A stretch of DNA of 64,000 nucleotides from Lytechinus pictus (GCF_037042905.1 NC_087250.1:27778001-27842000); one strand, 5' to 3'; counted from the stretch's first letter, positions 40,164-54,919 are shown. Notes: generated by a model not told the origin, from the letters alone. Translations and numbers: made by a program.

Positions 40164-40645
40164 TTTCTGCTTGCAAAATGGTGATATCGTGATGCTTGTG
40201 ATTTCTTCAAAACGGGCGCTAGCGGTGACAAATTTGCCGATCTTTTGCCAATATTTTCATGAATACTGAACTCATCCTAAAGAAATTTTCATTATACTGT
40301 AATTTTAGGTCGCTTTTCACGTTGATGATGTCAGATTTTAAGGATATTGGCTAGTTTTTGAGATAAGGACCGTCCGCGAAGTATGGACACGCGCGAAGTT
40401 TGGACACACTGCCATACACATATGGTCAATCCTTATATATATATGTTCATTCAGAACTCTTTAAATTAGGTATTCTAATAACTTGTTAAACCGTCCTTAT
40501 TTTCTTTCATTTGTACATGTCATATCACACCTGATCCACTAATGTTACTTGTTGTCTATATCAGTTAATGAAGTTATCTTTATGCCATCATCATACCACA
40601 TTGTCTACATGATCAGGATATAAGTATCTAAAGAGTCGATTGATT

Positions 40646-41110
40646 TGATAACATTCGGTAGAAATGATAACAATTGGTAGAAATGATAACATTCGGTGGA
40701 AATGATAACATTCGTTAGAAATGATAACAATTGGTAGAAATGATAACAATTGGTAGAAATGATAACATTCGGTGGAAATGATAACATTCGTTAGAAATGA
40801 TAACAATTGGTAGAAATGATAACAATTGGTAGAAATGATAGCATTTGGTAGAAATGATAACATTCGTTAGAAATGATAACAATTGGTAGAAATGATAACA
40901 GTTGGTAGAAACGATAACATTCGGTGAAAATGATAGCATTCGGTAGAACTGACAACATTCCGTAAAAATGATTACATTCTGTAAATATGATAACATTCTG
41001 TAGAAATGATGACATTGCGTAGAAATGTTTTAACATTCAAAGAAATGGCAGCATTCAGTAGAAATGACAGCAATATTTGCTAGACATTCTAGAAATTATA
41101 ACATTCGGTA
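40646..41110 (+). repeat. 19-bp minisatellite (tgataacattcggtagaaa)
   Basis: About 24 units, degenerating rightwards; shorter paralogous array at 57660-57890. Confidence 0.9.
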
Positions 41111-41356
41111 GCAAAATATGATGTTATTTTGCGCCCTCTACATTCATCATACATCACTCGTAAGGTAAATTTGATTACATCATCTTATTATTTTCCCTGT
41201 CGGCCAATGGTATAACAATTTAAGAACCTGCCTTAATGGATATTAAAATCCTTAACATTCAGTAACACACACGATGTACATTGATAAGACATGTTCATAT
41301 TTTCCTATTAGTCAGAATTCGACATGACGAATATTTTGCGTTTGTGATTCAATAAG

Positions 41357-41390
41357 CCCTGTGGCCCAATGGATAAGGCATCTGACTACG
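41357..41390 (+). pseudogene. Tailless retrocopy of the 5' half of tRNA-Arg(ACG)
   Basis: (g)ccctgtggcccaatggataaggcatctgactACG = acceptor 5' strand, D-arm and anticodon; TSD AATAAG (41351-41356 / 41391-41396); empty site at 58132-58137. Confidence 0.85.
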
Positions 41391-41487
41391 AATAAGAATG
41401 TTTTATCATAATGTGTATTGTTAGCGATAGTGATAATATTAGATAATACACTATATGTAATTGTGTACATTCTAAACTCGTGTTTAA

Positions 41488-42091
41488 AGGTCAAGTCCAC
41501 CTCAGAAAATTTTTGATTTGAATCAATAGAGAAAAATGAGATAAGCACAATGCTAAAAATTTCATCAAAATCGGATGTAAAATAAGAAAGTTATGACATT
41601 TCAAAGTTTCGCTTATTTTTAACAAAATAGTTATATGAACGAGCCAGTGACATCCAAATTAGAGAGTCGATGATGTCACTCACTCATTATTTCTTTTGTT
41701 TTTTATTGTTTGAATAATACAATATTTCAATTTTTACGAATTTGACGATTAGGACCTCATTGCCTGAACCACAAAATGTTAAAATAATGGAATTTTACGT
41801 GTTCAGGGAGGAATAAAACTTCATTTCACATGACAATGACGAGAAAATCAAAATATTTCATATTTCATATAATAAAATACAAAAGAAATAGTGAGTGAGT
41901 GATGTCATCGGTTCCCTCATTTGCATACCGACCGGGATGCGCATATAACTGTTTTGTGAAATGAAGCGAAACTTTAAAATGTCATAACTTTCTTATTTTA
42001 CATCCGATTTTTGATGAAATTTTCAGTGTTATGCTCGTTGAATTTTTCTCTTTTTATTCAAATCAAGTTTTTGTTGGGGTGGACTTGTCCT
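41488..42091. mobile_element. TTAA-type MITE family B
   Basis: ttaa|aggtcaagtccacc ... ggtggacttgtcct|ttat; empty site gtgtTTAAgcgaatg at ~58225. Confidence 0.88.
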
Positions 42092-42873
42092 TTATGCGAA
42101 TGGCACATGTTATGCTGTTGATAGTTATAATCAATCTTTCTACAAGACAGATATGAGATAGAATTCAGTGAACTATTTGATACTTTAATACTTTCATATC
42201 CCCCTCTCATATGTTTATACCCATCCTCTCTTATATTCATATTTCTCCTTTCTCTCTCTTCAACGTATATATTTTTTGCACGATCACCATTTTCTTCTCC
42301 ATATAATTTTTATGTTTATAAAGTTTGGGGTAAAATTTATTTTTGATAATGATAATCATGTTGTCTAGATTCTAATCAGATTTATAGTAACAATCATCAA
42401 TATCGTATAAATATCAGCTGTATTATTAATAATTATGTAGATTGTTCTTTCAACCATCGCTCATTATGTAATGTACGAAAGAGCCTTTGCTAAAAATATA
42501 AAAAAGCTTTGTATTATGTGTCGTAGTTCTTCAGTATTTCATGTGCAGATGATCAAAGTGTGTTTCATAAAAATGGACACTACACAAATATAATAAATTT
42601 ATATTATCAGGTGCGTTATAGCTCACAATCATTTCATAGTTCATAGAGTGATATATGTTAGAAACGCTTTTAGATTTTAATATAAATATAAAAGGTATAA
42701 ACTTTAATTCTTAAAATCTGTTTCGTTATCTCTTTTATAATCTCTTTATATGTGGTTCAAAGAATTCATTTTCTTGCTGGTAAATATACATGTATATAGG
42801 AAGTAGAGGCCTTGTTGATCAAAAAGAAGAGAATAGTCAAAACTTTACCATGTTCACTTTTATGAAAAAGATG

Positions 42874-43069
42874 CACTCTTAAAAATGTTGGGCAACATAC
42901 GGTCCACACAACAATTGGTTAAAACTTTATCCAATTCTGGGTAGTTTTACACCAATACTGTGTAGTTTTCACCCAAAGCACACATTATTGGTGTAAAACT
43001 ACCCAGAATTGGATAAAGTTTTAACCAATTGTTGTGTGGACCGTATGTTGCCCAACATTTTTAAGAGTG
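42874..43069. mobile_element. CACT-terminated MITE (CACTA/EnSpm-like) with perfect 84-bp TIRs
   Basis: 42874-42957 is the exact reverse complement of 42986-43069; 2-bp TSD TG. Confidence 0.88.
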
Positions 43070-45846
43070 TGCTTATTAGAATGTCTCCATGTAAAGTATT
43101 TAGAACTTTAGTGGAGATTTTCATTGAAGAAAAAAGGGACTGTTTAGGATTGGTTATACAACTTTTGGCAGTAGCGGTGGAACCGATGATGTGATGAAGG
43201 TGGGGGTGATTTCAGTACATGTGCTTAAAACAGTGAACATGTAAATATTACTTTGATTAGAATAATAGAAAGTATATGTCTTACTTCTAATGAAATATAT
43301 TTTTATTACACTTTGTGTGAATTACGAACACTTCTTGAATAGAAAAAACCCAATGTTTGTAGATGTATCATGGACTTTAATCTATACGAAATAATTCTAA
43401 CCTACTTGGGAGCAGAAAATAGTCATGTGGAAATAGAAAGGAAATATCTTTACTATGGATGATAGTATTAATAAGTACATTTCAAGAAAGGTTTGTCAAT
43501 GCAATATATAGTTGTATACAGATTACTGATCCAATTATCAACCGTTCTGAATAAATATCTAAGATTTTAAATTGGTTGGAATCTTTGCGGTGTGTATTTT
43601 GAAGTCATCATCATGGTTATGAGGAGGGTGTCTTTTAATGCACATATGATTATGTCATTTTGTAATCAAGTAATTTTGTCAGCATAAACGAAATTAAATG
43701 TCAAACCAAAAAAAAAAAAAAACACTCTACATCCAGTTCATATTTCTAATTTACAAATGAGTATATTTGACATGTAGGACTGATTAAAAATAATATATAG
43801 AACGATGGTGACAGACGAAGGAGAAAAGAATGAGATATATAGAAAGAGGGAGGGGTTGGCAAAGTGGTCGGGAGTGAGAGAAAAACAATGGAGAGACGAG
43901 GAAAGTAAGAACGGAGAGAGAGAGAAAAAAGATAAAAATAAAAGGATAAAGAGATGGAAAGGAGAGGGATAGAAAAAATGAGAGAGATGAAGAGAAAGAT
44001 AGAAGAAGGAGAGAGAAAAAAAAATGGATAGACAGTGAGAATAAAGACTAGGAAAGATAGAGAGGGAGAGAGAAAAGTGGAGGAGTGAGGGGGAGAAATT
44101 GCGAGACAAGGGGATTAAAGATGGAATAAGAGAGAGAGGGGGGGGGGGGGTTTAAAGAACTACCGAGAGACAAGAAATGATAAAGAGAGATGGGGGATGG
44201 GGTGAATTTGTAATTGAGTTTGTATTGGAGTTTTCCTTTCTCATGAAACAAAGTATAACATTACAAAGTTGAATATATCACAAAATATGTCAATAATAGC
44301 AAGTCATAACAAAATTGAAGAAAGGGTGAATTTAAACTACGTAGATAGAATTGGCTTCGTCGAAATTAAGTAAAAGGAAACATAACGGAGGGGCTCGCCA
44401 AGAACGATTGAATTTAAGAGATAGGAAAAAAAAAAAAATCTGAGAGAAAAATGAGTGAGAGAGAGAGAGAGAGAAAAAAAAAAGAGGTAGAAAACAATCC
44501 AAACGCTTCTTACTTTTTGTATAACCAGGAAATGTAGTACGATTATATAATATTATATTATATTATATTAAATGTAACCATTATGATACTTCAATTTTTT
44601 CAAAGAACTACACCATTGTCATATCGAATTCATGTTCAATGCTTCAACAAAATAACACATCAAAACATAATATCACAATACAAGAAATACATTTGATTAA
44701 ATACATGTGGGGATATGACATTTTCAGCCCACCTCATGAATATTCATCAAGAAATGCCTAGAACTGCCTAGTAATGGAAATCTTTAAAATTCAATAACTT
44801 CATTATTTGTTACCCGATTTTGATCAAATTTTCAGCATTTTGCTTTTTGAATTTTATTCTCTTTATTGAGATATAAACATCTCCAGCCTGGACCATCCCT
44901 TTAAATACGACCATAATGTTACTTCAGTGTATGCAAAGAACTACACCACTGTCATGACTGTCATATTGAATTTATGTTCAATGCTTCACCAAAGTAATAT
45001 ATCAAAATATAATAACACAATAAAAGAATAAAAGAAATACATTTAATTATAAGATTATACAGAATACAGAAGATTATGACAATGTCAATTAATGAAAGTG
45101 AAATATGTAAAATAACCTGCATAAAAAAACTGAGCTTGTTATGTCTGAAGGTTCCTAAATATAGTTGGGATGCTGTCTCTGTTTTCATGGTACTTCCTCA
45201 AGGGGGAAGGGGGCTTCAAGTATATCTAACAAAATATAATATATGCATAGACAAACCGAGCAACTCACCTGGTATATTAAATCACCCAATGAAAGTGATT
45301 TTCTACTTCATTAGATATTATTAGATATATTACACTCACATTGAATCACTTGATAAAGATGTGGTTTTGGACATTAAATCAGTTAAAATCAGAAGCTATA
45401 TGCAATCTACATTTAAATTGAAATGAAACGATTAATTTTAAAAGTAAAGACAGAAAGGGAGAGGGAGGGTGAGAGCTGGCATTTTTTTTTCTGAAAAGTT
45501 GTAAAATTATTGATCGAATAAGATATTCATTGATCATTGTAAGTGTAAATACACATGTAAAACACGCTACAATATATTTTCTATCTTTCCCAAACCATGC
45601 CAACCAGGCTTATAACAATAGTGCTGGGTATATTGTTTTCAATTTTGACAGAATGATTACCAAGATGTTTAGAGAAAAATGCAAGCCACTGCACTGAGGC
45701 TGGACTTGACTCTCTTTTTTTTTTTTACAACATTGTTTGCTATATGAACGTTGAGGTTAAGAACAGTTGTTTAAAAGTTCAAACACGTTTTTAAAGTCTT
45801 AAACAACAGAGTTCGATTTTTAAAAATAAATCTAATATGCAATATA

Positions 45847-46160
45847 GGCGCATTGTGGTCTAGTGGTTCTGACTCTAAGGGTTCGAACCATAGCCATTGC
45901 GTGTTTTTTTCAGCAAGAAATTTATTCACACAGTGCCGCACTCAACCCAGGTGAGGTAAATGGGTACCCGGCAGGATTGATTCCTTAAATGCACTGAGCG
46001 CTGAAAGGCACCTTAAGCTAAAGCCGGGGTAACATCGATAGCAATGCGCCTCGAAATAAATTGTTTCTAGATAGATGGCGCTTTATGACGGACTATTTTT
46101 ATTAATATTAATTTTATTATTATTATCATTATTATTATTATTATTGTTATCATTATTATT
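45847..46160 (+). mobile_element. tRNA-derived SINE with (ATT)n tail
   Basis: A-box tggtctagtgg at ~45856, B-box ggttcgaacc at ~45880, central cactcaacccaggtgaggtaaatgggtacc, ATT tail at 46100-46160. Confidence 0.8.
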
Positions 46161-48209
46161 CAATAAATTAGACATGATGGTTGTTTAAACTGTACTGTAT
46201 AGACAAATATCGTTGTATAAAAACTAAACAGCGCTTAATTATGGTTATAAAATGTTGTTCTTGAACAAGAAATATTAATTAGATCTGGAATATTCATTAT
46301 GATTTAATACCGAACGAGAGTTACATAAATCAAACAGAAATGATTACCGAAAGAGTTCATGATGCACGGTTTATATGCAAATAAATATTCTAAGAAAATA
46401 TGAGGAGAGGGGTTGGGGGGGGGGGGAAAGTTCCACCCCTCTCTTTGACAAGAATGCTTAACTGTATGTTTTGTACGCTAGACAAAACCATAAGTTTATT
46501 ATTAGCGAAACTTCATAAATTGTCTTCTTTATGAATTTGCGATATATTCATTAGGAATTCACCCCAAAAGAAAAATAAAATCTTAACACAGTTCGCCTGT
46601 ATATTATGTTTATAATATTACATTGCGTGTCAACAAACGCCGTTCTATTACGTTGATAATATTTTTCTGCGTGTCAACAGAGACGGTATGTGTTGATAAT
46701 AATGTAACGGCTTCCACTGGAACGGTAACAAAAACGCGAAACAATAATAAATAAAAAGAGGGAAAATTCGATTTGATGGGTGTTTTATAAAGTTGTTCAT
46801 AAGGTACGAATGACTTCATACGCAAGACTGGTACATGTTCTCAGTTGATAAAGTCAGCTACATATTGGCATCCGTTAACCAAAGAAAGTTTCACCAGTAG
46901 TATTACTTCATTCGTCATAACTCATGGGCAGCTTTATGAAAAACCCAATCGAGAGATTTTCACATTGACTTCTAACAAAGCATTGCCAAAACCTGCGACT
47001 TCCATTATTTAAAGCTATTCGGTTTAAAGTATGTACGTTTACATGTACGTTTTGCGGGTGATAACATTCTAACCTCCGTTAATAGCCGCTATAGAAAATT
47101 ATATCACGGCAATTATAGATGATAGTAGAAATAAATAAGTGACACTGATTATGCACTTTGAACACTCCACAAGTTATTTTGTGCTTTTTTTAAACATAAA
47201 TTTTACTAATATTATTATCATCATGTATCTATATATACGCTGAGAAAATGTAAATTTTCACATGTTTCTCAAATGTATGACAGACGTGAAATACATGTAG
47301 AGCAGAGGGGATTGGATATGACAGATAATGGTATTTTATTTAGTACAAAACTACACGACTAAGACCAGACTTTCTTTAAATCTTATTTAGCCGAGTCCGT
47401 TAGGAATTGATCATTTTCATGCAAACCATTACTCTTGTATTTGTGCTATTAAATGGATTTGATTTTTTTCGCTCGCATATGGTCTTAGTAATCATTTTGG
47501 AAGAGAAGGCACCTGTAAAAAGTGACAGGAACTTAAAGTTGGATTCTCGACCAAACTTGTAAAGTGTTTTAGTTACTTAATAAATCTTATTTTATATGGT
47601 AGTTTTCATTCACATTTTATGTTGTACCGTAAAAGGCAACATGAAAAAGCTAGCCGCTATGTTCTATTAGGATTCCAACCTTTGACACAATAAACACCAT
47701 CATGGAGCGACTAATACAGATTTCAACAATTTTTTCAATACTCATTATTAAGAATCAAGAACCATTACTTTACATATATTTAGAAGCCTACAGTAATTTT
47801 CTACAGCCTCTGCTATTACATGTAAGTCATGTTCCCAACGTTTGTTACACACTCTAGTGTACCCTATAACATGTATAATAAATACTTAATTTGATCTTAG
47901 AATGCTATGTTTAAGAACATATTTCTGATATACCCATTGGCCATATCTTATTTATTGTAAATGTGTAACAAATAAATTCTGATTCAATTCAATACAACCT
48001 GTAGTATTTCTTCCGTTTCAGTTATTACTACACCAACCATTACTGTATGTCATTGCTATACTGTAAGCCACATTAAACTTGTAGTTGTATAAAATTGGAT
48101 CGTAATAATATATAACATTGGGTATTTTATTTGATTTGTGCACTGACCCAGGATGTGGAAAATCCCCAATATGTTTTAAACCACATTGCGCGTCTACTAC
48201 ATTGAATTC

Positions 48210-48278
48210 GCATTCATTCACACAGTGTGCAGAGATTATTAGCTGAAAGAGCGTGTATACTTGAACTTATCGGTGAGT
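48210..48278 (+). promoter_or_regulatory. Candidate non-coding 5' exon and donor (module 2)
   Basis: cattcacacagtgtgcagag...acttgaacttatcg|GTGAGT at 48273; kB-like GGAAAATCCCC at 48157-48167. Confidence 0.5.
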
Positions 48279-49547
48279 ATGTAGCTTAATGTTTTATTTT
48301 TAGGATTAGAAAGAAAAATATGATATTTAAAAACTCCCCCGATTTACTGGGAAGTAAGGAAGCTATGAGCTTAGATAGAGAAATGGTTAACTAGGATGTA
48401 TAAACACGATGAAAGGGACGCTCCTAGTTTTGTGCACCGCGTTGTGACGTCAGAAGTCAACTTGCCCGTTCATATCAATCCTCGACGCCTTGCAATGGGA
48501 ACAATAAACTCGCATCAATTATGATCTCAGCATGTTCTTCTGTACATATGTGTTTGCCGTAAGTACACAAGGAAGTCTGAATTGATCGTAGATGTATACT
48601 ATATGAAATAAATCTGTATGGAAAGATGAAAAGCCTGGTGTCAAGGTTAGGTGTATTAATTAAACGGATAAACATTACAAAGCAAAATCAGCCCTACAAA
48701 ACACTAAGAATTTCATCGAAATCGGATAAAGAATAACGAAGTTTTAAAGCTTTGGATGATATCGAAGAAAAAATTCTATACCGCGCTATGCATGCCATTT
48801 TTATTATTTTGTTTACAGGGTAAATTATGGATATAACATGAACAAAAACTCAGTAATTAAAAAGATACTTACTAATGATACATAAAGATACTAATTAATT
48901 GCAACTTGCTAATTAAATGCAATAAAATGTTGTTAATTTTTATCTATCGCATTTAAAGTGCGTAATGAATAGATTCAGCTTTTGGAAAATTCCATTAATA
49001 GATAAATGGTTCCAGAACTTCAAAGGGTAACTGGGGATAGATTAATGGATAAATAAAAGGAAACATAACGGGGGGGGGGGGGGGGGGGCTTGCCAAGATA
49101 TAAGAAAGGGCGATTAAAAAAAATGTAAGAGAGAAAGAGAGGAAAAGAGAACAATCCCAACACTTCTTTTTGTATAACCACAATTACATTATATTAAATT
49201 ATATTAAGAGTGACCATATGCTACTTCAATGCATTCAAAGAACTACACCACTGTCATATTGAATTTATGTTTAATGCTTCAACAAACCATGTCAATCATA
49301 AAAATTCATAACAAAATTGAAGAAAGGGTGAATTTAAACTACGTAGATAGAACTGGCTTCGTCGAAATTAAGGTAAAACGAAACATAAGTGAGGGGCTTG
49401 CCAAGAACGAATGAATTTAAGAGATATAAAAAAAAACCATAGACAAGAGAGAGAGAGAAAGAGGGGGGGGGGGGAGAACAATCCGAACGCTACTTTTTTG
49501 TATCACCAGGAAATGTTGTACGATTAAATAATATCACATTATATTAA

Positions 49548-50156
49548 AGGAATGGTCCAGGCTGAAATATTCATGATAACTAAATAGAGTAAAATCCACA
49601 GAGAGCCAAATGCTGAAAATTTAATTAAAATCGGATAACAAATAAGGAAATTATAGAATTTTAAATTTTATCAATATTTTGTGAAAACAGTTATTTGCAT
49701 AATATGTTCATAATTATTAATTAGGTGGGCTAGTGATGTCACGTCCCCACTTTCCTTTTTCTTACGTTATTACATGAAATCATAAATGTTTCATTTTTCA
49801 TACATGTGCAAATGATGTGTATCCATTGTGATAAAATAGGTTACAGCAATTAATAATTAATGCACTCGATCAGTTGTCAATCCAATTGTTGTGGGCTCTT
49901 GGTAGAAAAAAATTGAATAAATCTAATTTTATATAATAAAATACAAAAGAACTAGTGAGATATGACTTCATCAGCCCACCTAATGAATATTAATAAAGAC
50001 ATGCCTAGAACTGTTTCACTGGAATAATAATGCAAATCTTTAAAATTCAATAACTTCGTTATTTCATACCCGATTTTCATCAAATTTTCAGCATTTTGCT
50101 TTTTGAATTTTATTATTTTTATTGACATATAAATATCTCCAGCCAGGACCATCCCT
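49548..50156. mobile_element. TTAA-type MITE family C (duplicated together with 19135-19756)
   Basis: ttaa|aggaatggtccaggctg ... ccaggaccatccct|ttaa in the same flanking context as 19135. Confidence 0.85.
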
Positions 50157-52616
50157 TTAAATGTGACCATTATGCTACTTCAGTGAATTCAAACAACTAC
50201 ACCACTATCATATTGAATTTATGTTCAATACTTCACCAAAATAATATATCAAAATATGATAACACAACACAAGAAATACATTTAATTATTAAATTATAAA
50301 GAATAAAGAAGATTATGACAATGTCAATTAATGAAAGTGAAATGTGAAGGAACCTGCATAAAAAGCAGAGCTTATAATGTCTGCTTGTTCCTAATATGTT
50401 ATGGATGCTATTATCATGGTCAAGTTTATCTCACAAAAGACAATGTATGTACCGACATAGCATTCTTGGTTCCACACCCAAGAGGAAATAAAAGAAATTA
50501 TAGGACACAACGTATAATGAAATGAATGGAAACAATGAATTTGCTGAATTTAATGGAAAATCTATCACATAATTAGAATTCAATTTCAATAGGCAATTTT
50601 TTTCCAGCTCCCTTTGCACGCTGGCGACTTTTAACAAATTTTCCACACATTGCTGTTTTGCCCCCCCCCCTCAAAAATTTTGGCTTATTACGCAATTGGG
50701 TTAAATAAATGTGTTGTGTAAAAGCTATATATGTATATGCCCGCGATTTGATTAAAATAGCGGCAATCTGCGAGGTTTAAATGGCTTTGATGTCAAGAAG
50801 TTCCGGGGGCTCCGCCCCGGATCCCAACTGCACAACACCGCGTATAGAAGGGTTGGGCCATTGTCCCAAAAAGTTCTACAAACAAGAACAAAAAAGGAGG
50901 AAAGAAAAGCAAAGGAAAAGTGTAGGATATGATTTTATTTACTGAATATATAGCTCAAAAGTAGATTCTCATGAAAAGGTGATTTTTTTCTAGCTCGCTC
51001 GCTTCGCTCGCTCGGGACTTATATAAAGCAGCTTTTAGAACATGTGCTATACTGCGCCCTTCGTTTTTTTTTACTCTTCACGCTACTGCCGCAAAGAATC
51101 CTGTTCACAGTGGCGTACAGACCACAAAAAAGGAATCTGAAGAGAGAAGAGTGAAATATATTGTTCTCTGGATATCATGTCAAAATCTATCACAAAATTT
51201 GATTTTTGTATTAAAAAGGTCAAAATTTTTGCTCGCTCGCAACTTCTTTTTAAAGATAAATTCTGCCCGATACACAATATCTGGCCTTCTCAAAATAGTC
51301 GCCTCATTACACCATTACGCCCGTTCATACCATGATATGACCGGGAATTTTTTTGCTCTTGCCCCCCCCCCCCCCCCTGGCCACCGACCTCTGTTACGCC
51401 GATGATCTCTCAAGCCTACATTACACACTCATTGAAGCACTTGATGAACATGTGGTTTCTGACATTAATTAGATCAGTTAAAATCAGAAGTCCCAGCAGT
51501 ATAACATGAAGCTGGAATGAAACGATTGGTTCCATAGTTTCAATAAGCTAAAGACGCACCCCTTCACTGAAATCACATTATATTTGGATTAAAGAATAGA
51601 AATACACGTAGTATGATTTTTGTTTCCTTGCATAGAACAAGCATGCAACTAATTAGCTCATGAAATAGATTAGATGCCACTTTGTTAATTTATTATTCAG
51701 AATATGTCATATTCATGTTCTTTTCAAGCGAAACAAGTTTATTTTGTGAGGGAATTTCCGACATTCCTTTTCCCTTCAATTAACTTCAGGAGATCGAGGA
51801 ATACCCTCCCCCCCCCCCATTGCCCAATTGACAAGAATACAGCACTGTGTTTTAGAAACATGCATGTCAGGTCAAAATATTTATGTGAAAAGAAGATCAA
51901 ATGAAATATTTTTAAACTGATAATGTCGTCTTCCATTATAATCGTGGAGGTATTATGTCGGTTTTTTGTTTTTGGTAAGGCACCCGCCCCTTGGATATGA
52001 CGAATAAGCTGGAGGTCTCGTGTTGAAATATAAAGGCCAACGCAAAGAGAAGGGTAAAACAGTGTTGTGGCCACATATCAAGATACTCAAAGCTACCCGT
52101 CACAGGATGACTTAATATGATAAGGGGGGGGGGGGGGTCGGGCTGAAAATAATATAGAGTGATAACCAGTTACCAAAATGCTGAAAATTTCATTAAGATA
52201 TGATTAAAAAATATCGATGTTAGTCTATTTCAATGCATATACAGCTATAATTTTTTCTGAAAAAAAGTTATGTGCATGCCGTCATGAATATTCATTAGAT
52301 GGGCTGATGACATCATGTCCAGGGACATAGGAACGATTATTTTAAATAGCGGGTGACGGGGTACTCGTTAAAAATAACAAACAAAACAAAAAAGAAAAAA
52401 AATAGTTAACTAGATGACGCCTGAGGGGATTTCGGTAAGAAAAAAATAAAACAACAATATTTGCTGCCAAATGTTCCTCCATTTGAATAATGTGTTTTTC
52501 TTGTCAACTTGATGGCAATGGAGTACTTCCTATGTGATAGCATACACAACACCCTCTGAAAATCATGAGGGGTGATTGAGCATTCACCCCAGTACCCCCG
52601 CTTCACACTTTATTAA

Positions 52617-53213
52617 AGGTCAAGTCCACCCCAGAAAAATGATGATTTGAATAAATAGAGAAAAATCAAACTAGCAAAATGCTGAAAATTTCATCAAAAT
52701 CAGATGTGAAATTAGAAAGTTCTGAAATCTTAAAGTTTTGCTTATTTTTCACAAAACAGTGATATGCACAACTGAGTGACATGCAAATGAGACAGTCGAT
52801 AATGTCCCTCACTCACTATTTCCTTTGTTTTTTTATTGTTTGAATTATACAATATTTCATTTTTTTCAGATTTGACAATAAGGACTAACTTGACTGAACT
52901 ATATAGTATTAAACAATGCTAATTCCACATGTTCAGGGAGAAATTAATTGTTTGTTCACTTGACAATGAAAGGAAAATTAGAATATTTCATATAATAAAA
53001 TACAAAAAAAGTAGTAAGTTGATGACATCATCAGTTTCCTCATTTGCATACCGACCAGTATGTACGTATAACTGTTTTGTGAAATTAAGCAAAATTTTGA
53101 AATGCCATAACTTTCTTATTTTACATCCGATTTTCATGAAATCTTTAGTGTTATGCTTGTTGGATTTTTCTCATTTTATTCAAATCAGCTTTTTGTTGGG
53201 TTGGACTTGTCCT
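52617..53213. mobile_element. TTAA-type MITE family B
   Basis: ttaa|aggtcaagtccaccc ... ggacttgtcct|ttta; empty site ttttaTTAAgttattag at ~21234. Confidence 0.88.
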
Positions 53214-54919
53214 TTTAGTTATTAGATGAAACATATTCCTCTACTATCTGAAGACATGTTTGCATGATAAATATATTACACATTTAATCAGTAGTCAATT
53301 CATGTTTTCCGTTCTTGGTGGACGAAATTTGACGAAATATAATTTTCCATAAAATAAAATAAAAAAGAATAAGTGCGGATTAGACTGCAGACACAGACCC
53401 TAATTGGAACTTCGATCAACCAGTGTGCCTCCACGCAAAGACTAGCACATACAACACTTGCTGTTCCAGCCTTCAGTACACAAGGCATAAGTAGGCTGCA
53501 CATTGAGACACTAATCTCGAGTGAAGGGTTTGCCCAGCAGACTAATTGCGGATAGACATCGTCAACTTGTTCATTGCATATTCATGAAGACATGCAGAGA
53601 ACTTTCTCATTAGAACAATGCACGTGCCTAAAATATCACAAATCTATCATTTCTTATCCGGTTTTAATGACATTGTCAGTATTTTATTTGTCAAATTTTA
53701 CCTTTTCTGTTCAAATCATATCATATCCAAGCCTGGAGTACCCCCTTTAAGCTTCCTTTCTAAATCACGTCAGCCCACATGAAACAATAATATTTGTTGG
53801 CAACGAAACTATGTGATTTTTATCATATCATCTCTGCCTTCCAGAAGGTGTATGTTGTTCATTGAATCCAATGGATCCTTTTTGATTTATACAGATTTTT
53901 CAATATCTATATAATACACTTAAATATGGACGAAGTATAATGCTTGATACTTAAATCTTAATGAATTAAGCTTGGTTATTCAAAATCACACTACAGAGAT
54001 CATATAGTAAACAGTGTTGTAAAAAATGGAGCAGCATTTGAACTGAGTGAAATCAGTTTAATGATTCGACGATTAGTACCACTGACTCTCATTTTTTTAC
54101 AAGATACCTAATAGATGTGATTTGATTATATTCGAAGATGAATTTCATTTTGTTTTTAAAGGGCAATATGATGCCATATATCGATTGCATAACAGAGAAA
54201 TAACATTTACTCTAGCAGAGAATGTAAACAAAAGAAAAAAAGAAGGAAAATTAAATGGATAATATCAATCAGCAATATTGCCCCTTTCCTGGTCAAACGA
54301 CGGTGTAATATTTAGAACTATCGCCCTCATGAACATTTTATATTTCCATATTATACCAACATGATGAGAATTACCGTGTAAAAACACACTCATGTACTGT
54401 AATGTTAAAATAATTTTGTAAATAATATTGTGTTATGTTTCCTGTTGCACCATCTTTGTGTTCCTATACACTGCAAAAACTGCGGTGTTAATTTAACACC
54501 AGTCCGGAATTTGTATATGACCACACCAAAGAAGAGTTGTAACAACTCCGTCGGGTTTTAGAATGTATACGATGCATGTTTTTGCAGTAGACATAGTGTT
54601 GTGCATATGGACGCACATCACTAATGGGATCCGGCAATTTCGGGAATCCCCTTTTGACCCCTACCGAAAACGACGTAATGGTTAGAAAAAAAATATTCAT
54701 ATAAAATCAACGGTGCGTATCTGAACAATTTTTTTCACATGGGCATAGAGATGGATTACTACTGGATCTGTTCAGTCCCATGGGAGAGCAGTAATTTGTC
54801 AATTCTGGATTTTATGGGAACAGGCTGTGGAATTCCCCGTGTTTTTCAATACACACTGCACGTCTAACTCATATCATAGAGCTATTACGGTTATACCAAT
54901 GTATCATGTAGCGTTAGCA

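Larger units (their letters stand above)
40590..48290 (+). repeat. Segmental duplication block, paralogous to 57612-62445
   Basis: Collinear: 40591-42830 vs 57612-58950, 44100-44620 vs 58990-59510, and 46320-48288 vs 59530-62443. Confidence 0.9.

Noticed and set aside
45847..45900. Functional tRNA gene
   Set aside because: A and B boxes are too close, there is no cloverleaf, and it continues into a SINE body and ATT tail.
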